64,000 nucleotides of DNA from Vicinamibacterales bacterium (lineage in GTDB: Bacteria; Acidobacteriota; Vicinamibacteria; Vicinamibacterales; 2-12-FULL-66-21). This document shows, piece by piece, positions 8,262 to 15,818 of this stretch. The notes under the pieces were generated by a model. It saw only the letters and a program-made list of their open reading frames with translations. It was not told the DNA's origin and made no database searches. Location: NCBI GenBank assembly GCA_036556425.1, contig DATBJJ010000006.1, positions 4,266 to 68,265 on the forward strand. Reading direction: 5' to 3'. Positions within the stretch are counted from its first letter, which is position 1. Each line of letters begins with the position of its first letter. The translations under genes and the position numbers were made by a program.

Positions 8262-9704
8262 TCAGTCTGGTCCCACGAGTCCGCGGACGCGGATCGTGTT
8301 CTTCCCCATCGCTTTCGCCTCGAGCAGCGCGCGATCCGCAATCGACAACAGCTCGCGCTCGCGGCCGTCCGAATGCGCCACGCCGATGCTGACGGTGACG
8401 CCGGCCGTGCCGTGCGCGCAGTGTCCGTCGACGCTCGTGCGAATCCTCTCCGCGACGAGCACCGCGGTGTCGACGTTCGACGAGGGCATGAGGATCGCGA
8501 ACTCGTCGCCGCCGTATCGCGCGCAGACGTCGAAGATACGGACGCCGCGGCGCAGCCGCTCCGACACGCATCGCAACAAACGATCGCCGACGACGTGGCC
8601 GTGATCGTCGTTAATCGCCTTGAAGTTGTCGATGTCGACCATCAAGAGCGTGAGCGGCTCGCCGTTCCTGCGCGCGCGCTGCAATTCCGCCTCGAGCCGC
8701 GTGTCGAAGTAGCGGCGGTTGAAGAGGCCCGTCAGCGGATCGATCGACGCGAGGCGAGTGACTTCATCCGCGGATTGCCGCAGCTTCTGCGTCGTCAATG
8801 CCAGCGCGGCGGGATCGGCAAGCAGCCGCAGCGACGAGAGATCATCCGCGGTGAAGCGGCCGCCGTCGCGGCGATCGGTGAACGAGGCCACGCCGAGCGC
8901 GCCGGTATGTCCGACGAGCGGCACGACGACGTACGAGTCGGTTCGGTACCGCAGCCGCCGCGCGTGCGGATGGTCGTGCGTGACGCCGCTCACGAGGAGC
9001 GAACGTCCGCTGCTGAAGACGGACCCGAGGATGCCTTCACCCGGAGCGACGCGCAAGTGATCGACGAGCTCGCGCGGATAGCCGTGCGTCTTGACGATCG
9101 CGAGCTTGCGGCTGCTCTCGCAGTACATGGCAAGGGCGGCGACGTCCGCGCGCACCTGCGCCGCCAGCGTCCGGAGGATCAAGGCGTAGAGCTCGTCCTC
9201 CGTCTGCGTGCGGGTCAACCGGCGGCAGAAACGATGGTACCGCTGGGCGTCGCGTTTCCGCCGGTCGCTGTGCTCGCGTTCGGCCGCGTCCTCCAACAGC
9301 GCTCCTATGTCGGGCACGAACTGGCTCACAACAGACGTACCCTCCCACTCCTCAGGGGCGCCAGGCAGCAGCAACATCCAACTCCGCGGCCCCCCTCCTC
9401 CACCACCGACCGAGATTCCCGTCCACGTGCGCCCATCGGCATCCACGACAACGTCCGCATCGCTGCCGGTCCGAATCTCCTCCCCTGCGGCGCGCCAGGG
9501 CGGCTGCGCCGCCGTGCGATCGACCGGCCAGGCCTCGGCTTCGAATCGCCAGACGCCACCGGTTCGCGAGAGCAGCGCGGTCGGCAGCCCGAGGCGGTCC
9601 GAGAGCATCGCCGTCACGATCCGCGTGACGTCGGACAGCCGCACCGAGGATGAGGCAGCCCCGCCGCCCTCCAAAACGGTTAGAGCGCGCGGCGGCGGCG
9701 ACAT
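8262..9704 (-). CDS. GAF-domain diguanylate cyclase (GGDEF) with I-site
   Basis: Intact GGDEF motif (ARYGGDEFAIL) with RxxD (RIFD) five residues upstream. A GAF-like region (ILGSVFSSGRSLLV...VVVPLV) is also present. The start is uncertain: ATG 9704, or the ORF maximum 9773. Confidence 0.85.
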   Translation of the reverse strand: MSPPPRALTVLEGGGAASSSVRLSDVTRIVTAMLSDRLGLPTALLSRTGGVWRFEAEAWPVDRTAAQPPWRAAGEEIRTGSDADVVVDADGRTWTGISVGGGGGGPRSWMLLLPGAPEEWEGTSVVSQFVPDIGALLEDAAEREHSDRRKRDAQRYHRFCRRLTRTQTEDELYALILRTLAAQVRADVAALAMYCESSRKLAIVKTHGYPRELVDHLRVAPGEGILGSVFSSGRSLLVSGVTHDHPHARRLRYRTDSYVVVPLVGHTGALGVASFTDRRDGGRFTADDLSSLRLLADPAALALTTQKLRQSADEVTRLASIDPLTGLFNRRYFDTRLEAELQRARRNGEPLTLLMVDIDNFKAINDDHGHVVGDRLLRCVSERLRRGVRIFDVCARYGGDEFAILMPSSNVDTAVLVAERIRTSVDGHCAHGTAGVTVSIGVAHSDGRERELLSIADRALLEAKAMGKNTIRVRGLVGPD

Positions 9705-9882
9705 CGCAGGATGCGTAGGCACGCGGGATGCCAGTCGAGCTGGGAAAATCCAGATGAGGGCACTCGCCCACATCGATCACGGTCACGTCGCGTTTACAGG
9801 GTGGACTCGAGCGATCGTCGGTCACGAAAGCGATTCAGGAGGCGTCGCGCGAAGAATACTGCGACCTCATCGGCAGCGTCCA

Positions 9883-9890
9883 GGCAGACT
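9883..9890 (+). promoter_or_regulatory. GGCAGACT box, copy 1 (extended CCAGGCAGACTTT)
   Basis: Exact 8-mer in an intergenic region, about 120 nt upstream of a weak GG-N10-GC element at 10004-10018. Confidence 0.3.
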
Positions 9891-10042
9891 TTTGTACGTC
9901 GGAGGCGCGAAAAGCCCCGTACGAGTCGAGAGGCGCGAGCGAGCGTTTTCACAATCCTGTAACGACGTTTCGCGGGTTTTCGAACATCAGGCGCGCGGCG
10001 GAATGGCCGTTGCACAGCAGCAACGACACTCGAGGGAACTTA

Positions 10043-10288
10043 ATGGAAATTCGATTCATCTCCACGCTCACCGCCGACGACGAAGGGCAGATGGCGCCGG
10101 CTCTGATGCATGCCGTGACGGCGTTGCTCGACGCGCTGCCAATCGCCTACACGCTTCGTATCGAAACGCTCGGCGCGCAGGTCTTTCAACACACGCATCC
10201 ATCGGCTGGCGCGGGACCGATGCCCGAATCCGTCGTTGCGCCCGCGGCGCGTCCGGCGAGTTTGGCGGTGGCAAATCTCACGCGTTGA
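10043..10288 (+). CDS. hypothetical small protein
   Basis: ORF 10010..10288 trimmed to the ATG at 10043 (MEIRFISTL...), preceded by a GAGGGA RBS-like element. Third-position G+C is high. I recognise no family. Confidence 0.4.
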   Translation: MEIRFISTLTADDEGQMAPALMHAVTALLDALPIAYTLRIETLGAQVFQHTHPSAGAGPMPESVVAPAARPASLAVANLTR

Positions 10289-10300
10289 CCCTCCTTTCGC

Positions 10301-10789
10301 ATGGCTCGTACGGCCGGTCCACGCACAGCCTCTCCCGATCGACGCGGGTCGAGGAATGTCCGCAGTGGCGGCGCGTTCTTCTGCGCTCTTCTAGCGCTTT
10401 CCGCCTGTACACCATCTGAGTCGTCGCGTTCGGAGTCGCCGCAGGCAGGCGTGCCGGCGGCGCCAGCGCCGCCCGCGCCGGTTGTTCCGGCTGAACCCGT
10501 TCAGATCGTCGGCGTCGAGCACATCGCGTGGGATCAACCCGCGATCACGGAGACGGAGTTCCGTCGGCTCAGCTTCGCAATCTACATCAACGACAAGCGG
10601 AGCGAGCTGCAAGGCGTCCACTGCGAACGGGCGGATCGCGCGTTCGCGTGCAAGACAAAGCTCCCGAAGCTATCGAACGGGGAACACAAACTCGCGGTCG
10701 TAAGCTACTTCAAAGACGGCCCGCGCATCGTGGAAAGCCATCGCTCGCCCGTCCTGACCGTCATCAAGAGCTCAGAGGCGCGGAACTGA
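10301..10789 (+). CDS. hypothetical lipoprotein
   Basis: 162 aa with a signal peptide and lipobox (ALLALSAC), a Pro/Ala linker and a beta-rich C-terminal domain. Confidence 0.55.
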   Translation: MARTAGPRTASPDRRGSRNVRSGGAFFCALLALSACTPSESSRSESPQAGVPAAPAPPAPVVPAEPVQIVGVEHIAWDQPAITETEFRRLSFAIYINDKRSELQGVHCERADRAFACKTKLPKLSNGEHKLAVVSYFKDGPRIVESHRSPVLTVIKSSEARN

Positions 10790-10816
10790 GAAAGCGGCGA
10801 ACAAAGCCACCTCTCC

Positions 10817-10824
10817 GGCAGACT
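10817..10824 (+). promoter_or_regulatory. GGCAGACT box, copy 2
   Basis: Exact 8-mer, intergenic, 56 nt upstream of the GG-N10-GC element at 10873. Confidence 0.3.
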
Positions 10825-10872
10825 CTTGAAGCTCAATCCCCGTAAGTTGTTGAACTAACAGACCATCTGCGC

Positions 10873-10887
10873 TGGTACACCGTGTGC
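10873..10887 (+). promoter_or_regulatory. candidate sigma-54-type promoter TGGTAC-ACCGT-GTGC
   Basis: GG and GC are at the canonical N10 spacing, about 35 nt upstream of the ATG at 10922. Confidence 0.35.
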
Positions 10888-10921
10888 CTTCTTAACAGTG
10901 GACTTCGAAGAGGCACCTTCT

Positions 10922-11155
10922 ATGGCACTTACGGTAATTTCAGGAGCGCTCGTCACGGCGCTGAGCGCGCTCAGCTATTTGGGTTGGCTGCGCGGATCGA
11001 TCTCGGAAGTCGCATTGCTCGTGAGCTGGGGCATGTCGCTGATGGCGGTCGCGCGGGGCGTGCGAGGACGCCAACACGACGCGCAGCCGACGCCATCGCT
11101 CGCCGGACCCGCCACGCTCCACCGCGCGCAAGGCACCGGTCACCAAGCCTTCTGA
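10922..11155 (+). CDS. hypothetical small membrane protein (two predicted TM helices)
   Basis: ORF 10898..11155 with its likely start at ATG 10922, preceded by GAAGAGG. Hydrophobic stretches: ALTVISGALVTALSALSYLGWL and VALLVSWGMSLMAV. Confidence 0.45.
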   Translation: MALTVISGALVTALSALSYLGWLRGSISEVALLVSWGMSLMAVARGVRGRQHDAQPTPSLAGPATLHRAQGTGHQAF

Positions 11156-11170
11156 GGATTTCGCCCCGAC

Positions 11171-11178
11171 GGCAGACT
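11171..11178 (+). promoter_or_regulatory. GGCAGACT box, copy 3
   Basis: Exact 8-mer, intergenic, 111 nt upstream of the GG-N10-GC element at 11282. Confidence 0.3.
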
Positions 11179-11281
11179 GAAATACCCGAAGAGGTTGACT
11201 TCAGGCGACGTGCCGACCGAACAGGGCTCGCAACACACAGTATTTAAAAGACATTTTGCCACGCAGGCTTCACGGCTCAGT

Positions 11282-11296
11282 AGGAATGGATGTTGC
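11282..11296 (+). promoter_or_regulatory. candidate sigma-54-type promoter AGGAAT-GGATG-TTGC
   Basis: GG-N10-GC with a perfect TTGC -12 element. It lies inside the 5' part of track ORF 11256..11534, which argues for a downstream start codon. Confidence 0.35.
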
Positions 11297-11330
11297 CTGT
11301 GACCGGCGGGGACTGTGCAATTTCGCGAAG

Positions 11331-11534
11331 ATGTCCGTTCAAGGCCGGGGAAAAGCAATGACGATGGTAGCAATTGGGTCGGCGGCTGCGACGCTGATTC
11401 AGTCGATTGGCAAAGGGTTGGGAAGCGCGGCTCCGGAACCGGTGTGGATGATGGTGTGGGGCGTCGGGTTGCTCGCGCTCGCATCGGGCGTTCGCTCGTT
11501 CCTGGTTCGCCGGCACGCGCTCGAAGCGGAATGA
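11331..11534 (+). CDS. minimal PEP-CTERM-like peptide (signal peptide plus PEP/TM/basic tail only)
   Basis: MSVQGRGKAMTMVAIGSAAATLIQSIGKGLGSAAPEPVWMMVWGVGLLALASGVRSFLVRRHALEAE. The N-terminus is signal-like, followed by PEP, a hydrophobic helix and an Arg cluster. Alternative starts are at 11256 (TTG) and 11358 (ATG). Confidence 0.45.
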   Translation: MSVQGRGKAMTMVAIGSAAATLIQSIGKGLGSAAPEPVWMMVWGVGLLALASGVRSFLVRRHALEAE

Positions 11535-11597
11535 CGCTGAAGGTCAATCAAATTCAGTAGCCAGCCGAGTCTTGTCGGTACCAGGGCTGAGAACCGG

Positions 11598-12284
11598 GTG
11601 GGGATGGCGATGAGTCTGGATACGAGTAAGGGCATTCGGACGTTGGCGGCCGCAATCGTCGTCGCAGCCTCGCTGAGCGTCGCACGCTCCGCGCAGGCCG
11701 AGACGATCGACTATCGCGGCCTGGGCCTTCACGTCAACAATCTCTCGATAACGGTTGGATCGCTCACGGAGATCGTCAGCGCAGGGGAGTTGAACTGGAC
11801 GTGGCTGAACGGCACGCCTGCCGGGTACGCGACGAACTTCTTCAGCTACTGCGTTGACGCGGTCAACGTGCTTCGCGACCCGCAGGTCGTGGACGTGCGC
11901 GGAACCGCGGACATGGGGAGCGCCGGCGCGAAGGTCGCATGGCTCTTCAACACGTTCGCCGACGAGGTGCGCGCGAGTGGTTCCGGTGTTCGCGCAGCGG
12001 CGCTGCAGGTCGCCATTTGGGAAGCGCTGTACGACGCGTCAAACAGTCTGACCGGTGGTACGTTCCGTTTGAATACGACCGGCGCGGTTCGCACCCAAGC
12101 CGCCTCGTATCTCTCGCAGCTGTATTCCTCGAACTACACGAACGCCCGCACGACGTGGCTCGACACGGCCCGCGGGCAGGACCAGATCACGCGCCAGGCC
12201 GTTCCCGAGCCAGCCACGCTGCTCTTGATGGGATGCGCGGGCCTGCTGTTCGCGCGTCAGCGCCGCCGGACGATGGTGAGCTAA
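11598..12284 (+). CDS. PEP-CTERM sorting-domain surface protein with thioester-domain-like YCVD / QVAIW motifs
   Basis: 228 aa. Signal peptide (AAAIVVAASLSVARSAQA), and a C-terminal VPEPATLLLMGCAGLLFARQRRR. Cys85 sits in FFSYCVD and Gln137 in AALQVAIWE. Confidence 0.85.
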   Translation: MGMAMSLDTSKGIRTLAAAIVVAASLSVARSAQAETIDYRGLGLHVNNLSITVGSLTEIVSAGELNWTWLNGTPAGYATNFFSYCVDAVNVLRDPQVVDVRGTADMGSAGAKVAWLFNTFADEVRASGSGVRAAALQVAIWEALYDASNSLTGGTFRLNTTGAVRTQAASYLSQLYSSNYTNARTTWLDTARGQDQITRQAVPEPATLLLMGCAGLLFARQRRRTMVS

Positions 12285-12312
12285 GGTCCGCCAACGCCGC
12301 GACTTCTTCAAG

Positions 12313-12348
12313 GGGCCTGACCTCACAAGGTCAGGCCCTTTGCTTTTG
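12313..12348 (+). terminator. Rho-independent terminator
   Basis: gggcctgacc / tcacaa / ggtcaggccc, a perfect 10-bp stem, followed by tttgcttttg. It lies 29 nt after the stop of the PEP-CTERM gene. Confidence 0.75.
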
Positions 12349-12524
12349 TCGCCTGTCGCGGGACCAAAAGTCCTCCTGGGGAGAGACAAATGTCCGCGCC
12401 GGGAGGTCCAGCGGCGACGAAATCGGAGTAGGATCGCGAGGAATGCTCCGTTTTTCACGTGTTTTCAACGAAATCCCGCAGCCTGGGACACGGAGCGGTG
12501 TTTGCTCTCGTCTAGCTGGTTCCA

Positions 12525-14807
12525 ATGACACAGCGATTTTGGTACGTCTGCCTCGTCCTCGCCCTGGCCTTGCCCGGGCTGTCGGCCTGCGGGAATCCGG
12601 CCGCGAAAAAGCAGAAATATCTCGAGAGCGGCAACGCCTACTTCAAGAACGAGAAGTACCGCGAGGCGGCGATCGAGTACCGCAACGCGATCCAGATCGA
12701 CGCGAATTTCGGCGAGGCGCGCCGGAAATTGGCCGAGACCTACGAGCGGCTCGGCGACCTGCCAAACGCGCTCGGCGAATACGTGCGCGCGGCCGATCTC
12801 CTGCCGGGCGACGCCGAGGTTCAGTTGAGCGCTGGAAACTACCTGCTGGCGGCGCGCAAGTTCGACGACGCGCGCGCCCGGGCGGAGGCGGTGCTGCAGA
12901 CGGACGCGAAGAACGTCAAAGCGCAGGTGCTCCTCGGCAATTCGCTCGCGGGCCTCAAGAACTTCGACCAGGCGATCGAGGAAATCGAAGAAGCGATCAG
13001 AATCGATCCCACGCGCGGTCCAACGTACACGAGCCTTGGCGTGTTGGAGATGGCGCGCGGCAAGGCGGAGGCGGCTGAGGCCGCGTTCAAGAAGACGGTT
13101 GCGCTCGACCCGAAATGGGTGCCGGGGCGACTGGCGCTCGCGAACCACTATTGGTCGGTGGGACGCGCGGCGGAAGCGGAAAGCGAGCTCAAAGCGGCGC
13201 TCGCGCTCGAGCCCGGGAATCCAGTGGCGAACCGCGCGCTCGCGATCTTCTACATCGCCAACGATCGCGGCGCGGATGCCGAGCCGTATGTCGCCGCGCT
13301 CGTGAAGTCGGGCGCGTCGCCGTTCGCGCTCGCAGATTTCTATCTGCTGAGAAACCGCCCCGACGATGCCATCGCGCAGCTCCAGCGGATCCGCTCGGAC
13401 GGAAGATCCGGTAGCGACGCCGCGCACCGCCTCGCGCAGGCATACGCGATCCGCGGCAACTACGACGAAGCGCACCGCGTCCTCGGCGAGATCTTGAAGA
13501 AGGATCCGAAGGACAGCGAGACGATTCTGCAGACTGGTCAACTGCTGGCGCAGGAGGGCAAGCGCGACGAAGCGCTCGCGCAATTCAAAGCGGCCGCCGA
13601 GATCGACCCGAATTCCGCGCAGCTGCAGTTCGCCTTGGGCAGAAGCTATGCGGCGCGCGGCGACATGGATCAGGCGCGCCAGGCGTACAACGAAGTGCTG
13701 CGGCTCAATCCGCGCGCGGCGCGCGCGCAGCTCGAGATCGCGCGTCTCGATCTCGTGGCCGGGAAGCCGCAGGCCGCGATTCAAAACGCTCGCGACGCGA
13801 TCCGCAACGAGCCCGAGAACGTGGAAGCGCAGATCGCCCTCGTCCGGGGCCTCGTCGCGAACCGCGAGATCGCGGCCGCGGAGCGACAGCTCGATCCGCT
13901 GCTTCAAGCGCACCCGAAGGTCGCCACGCTGCACGTGCAACGCGCGTTGATCGCGGTCGCGAAGAGCGACAGCGGCGCCGCGCGGCGCGCGTTCGAAGAA
14001 GCGTTTCGCCTCGACCCGCACTCCGCTGAAGCACTCGGCGGGCTCGTCGCCCTCGATACGGCGAGCGGCAATCATGCCGCGGCGCGTTCGCGTCTGGATG
14101 CCGCGCTGAAAACGCGTCCCGATCGACCCGAGCTCCTGTTGATTGCGGCGCGCGCCGAAGCGGGCGCCAAGGACTTTCCTGCCGCCGAACGATCGCTGAG
14201 GCGCGCGGTACAAATCGATCCGTCGCTGCTCACCGGGTACGTCATGCTCGGCCAGCTGTACTACTCGCAAGGCCGGCTGGACGATGCGCGGCGTGAATTC
14301 GAGACGCTGGCGGAACGGCAAGCGAAACCGGTCGCGGCGCTCACCATGCTCGGCATCATCGCGCAAGCGCAGAACAACCCCGAGCTCGCGCGCAAGAGCT
14401 TCGAGCGGGTGATCGATATCGATCCGCGCGCCCCCGTCGCGGCGAACAACTTGGCGTGGATGTACGCCGAGCGCGGCGAGCGCCTCGACGTCGCGCTCGA
14501 GCTCGCCAAAGCGGCAGCCGACGCGCTGCCGAAGATGGCGGAAGTCCGCGACACGCTCGGCTGGGTCTACTACAAGCGGCAGACGAGCGATCAAGCGATC
14601 GCGGCGCTTCAGGAAAGCGTCCGCCTCGACCCGCGGAATCCGACCTATCACTACCATCTCGGACTCGCATACGTCCAGGATGGAAATGTCGCGCGCGCTC
14701 GTGAATCCCTCGAACGCGCGCTGTCGCTTCCACGGTTCTCCGCGGAAGCGGACGCCCGCCGCGCCTTGGCGGGCCTGGCGGCGACGCCGGCGTCGGCGGG
14801 ACGATAG
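12525..14807 (+). CDS. prsT: PEP-CTERM-system TPR-repeat lipoprotein (PrsT-like)
   Basis: 760 aa with a lipobox (LPGLSAC) and wall-to-wall TPR repeats. The N-terminal pattern (YLESGNAYFKNEKYREAAIEYRNAIQIDANFGEA) is typical of the PrsT family associated with exosortase loci. Confidence 0.8.
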   Translation: MTQRFWYVCLVLALALPGLSACGNPAAKKQKYLESGNAYFKNEKYREAAIEYRNAIQIDANFGEARRKLAETYERLGDLPNALGEYVRAADLLPGDAEVQLSAGNYLLAARKFDDARARAEAVLQTDAKNVKAQVLLGNSLAGLKNFDQAIEEIEEAIRIDPTRGPTYTSLGVLEMARGKAEAAEAAFKKTVALDPKWVPGRLALANHYWSVGRAAEAESELKAALALEPGNPVANRALAIFYIANDRGADAEPYVAALVKSGASPFALADFYLLRNRPDDAIAQLQRIRSDGRSGSDAAHRLAQAYAIRGNYDEAHRVLGEILKKDPKDSETILQTGQLLAQEGKRDEALAQFKAAAEIDPNSAQLQFALGRSYAARGDMDQARQAYNEVLRLNPRAARAQLEIARLDLVAGKPQAAIQNARDAIRNEPENVEAQIALVRGLVANREIAAAERQLDPLLQAHPKVATLHVQRALIAVAKSDSGAARRAFEEAFRLDPHSAEALGGLVALDTASGNHAAARSRLDAALKTRPDRPELLLIAARAEAGAKDFPAAERSLRRAVQIDPSLLTGYVMLGQLYYSQGRLDDARREFETLAERQAKPVAALTMLGIIAQAQNNPELARKSFERVIDIDPRAPVAANNLAWMYAERGERLDVALELAKAAADALPKMAEVRDTLGWVYYKRQTSDQAIAALQESVRLDPRNPTYHYHLGLAYVQDGNVARARESLERALSLPRFSAEADARRALAGLAATPASAGR

Positions 14808-14837
14808 CGCGCCTAATCCACGTGACTCGGGAGCAGC

Positions 14838-15818
14838 ATGTTTTCAAGTGAAGTTCTACGGATCGATGCGCCGCAGGTTGCGGCTCGGATTGAAGAAGCG
14901 ATTCGCGCGCAGGTGCTCACGTCGCTGCGCCGCCGCGGCATTGTCGTCGGCGTGTCGGGCGGAATCGACAGCTCGGTCGTGACGACGCTCGCCGCGCGCG
15001 CGCTTGGTCCGACCAAGGTGCTCGCGCTGCTGATGCCGGAGCGCGACTCGTCGTCCGACTCCGCGCAGCTCGGACGTCTGCTGACGACGGCGCTGGGCGT
15101 GCCGACAATCGTCGAAGAGTTGAGCGAGATCCTGCAGGCGGCCGGCTGCTATCGGAGGCAGAACGAAGCGATCCGAACTGTGTTCCCCGACTTCGCCGAC
15201 GAGGACCGGTTCAAGATCACGCTGCCGTCGATCCTCGACGGCGATCGATTGAACGTGTCCGAGCTCACGATTCAGCGTCCCGACGGCACGCAGGCAACGG
15301 CGCGCATGCCGCTCGCCGCGTACCTCCAGATGATCGCGGCCACGAACTTCAAGCAGCGGTTCAGAAAGCTGATGGAGTACTACCACGCGGATCGGCTGAA
15401 CTATGCCGTCGCCGGCACGCCGAATCGCCTCGAATACGACCAAGGGTTTTTCGTGAAGCAGGGAGACGGCGCCGCCGATCTCAAGCCGATCGCGCATCTG
15501 TACAAATCACAGGTGTATGCGCTCGCCGAGTACCTCGGCGTTCCGGCGGAGATTCGCAAGCGTCCGCCGACGACGGACACGTTCTCGCTGCCGCAGACGC
15601 AGGAGGAGTTCTACTTCGCGCTGCCCTACGACAAGATGGACCTTTGCCTGTACGCGCGGAACAACAACGTCTCGGCCGCCGAAGCGGCGCCCGCCGTGGG
15701 CCTGACGCCTGAACAGGTGGAGCGCGTCTTCAAGGACATCGATCAGAAGCGGCGCACGACGAAGTACCTGCACGCGCGTCCACTGCTCGTGGAACACGTG
15801 TCGGAGATCATGACCTAA
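14838..15818 (+). CDS. NAD synthetase-family PP-loop ATPase (NadE-like)
   Basis: 326 aa with the PP-loop SGGIDSS. NadE-like C-terminal elements are present (KQGDGAADLKPI, YKSQVY.LAEYLGVP). The stop overlaps the asnB-like start (TAATG). Confidence 0.75.
   Translation: MFSSEVLRIDAPQVAARIEEAIRAQVLTSLRRRGIVVGVSGGIDSSVVTTLAARALGPTKVLALLMPERDSSSDSAQLGRLLTTALGVPTIVEELSEILQAAGCYRRQNEAIRTVFPDFADEDRFKITLPSILDGDRLNVSELTIQRPDGTQATARMPLAAYLQMIAATNFKQRFRKLMEYYHADRLNYAVAGTPNRLEYDQGFFVKQGDGAADLKPIAHLYKSQVYALAEYLGVPAEIRKRPPTTDTFSLPQTQEEFYFALPYDKMDLCLYARNNNVSAAEAAPAVGLTPEQVERVFKDIDQKRRTTKYLHARPLLVEHVSEIMT

Noticed and set aside
7695-9653. 652-aa plus-strand ORF
   Set aside because: It overlaps the 3' end of the YvcK-like gene and is antisense to the GGDEF gene. 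It has no domain signatures, whereas the opposite frame carries GGDEF and GAF motifs.
12491-12506. Sigma-54-like CGGAGC-GGTGT-TTGCT upstream of prsT
   Set aside because: The -12 element is good, but the -24 element is weak. The predicted start would leave only about a 7-nt leader before the ATG at 12525. This is too uncertain to call.
12465-14657. 730-aa minus-strand ORF
   Set aside because: It is antisense to the TPR lipoprotein gene and is an Arg-rich shadow frame. The plus-strand frame has a clear lipobox and TPR repeats.
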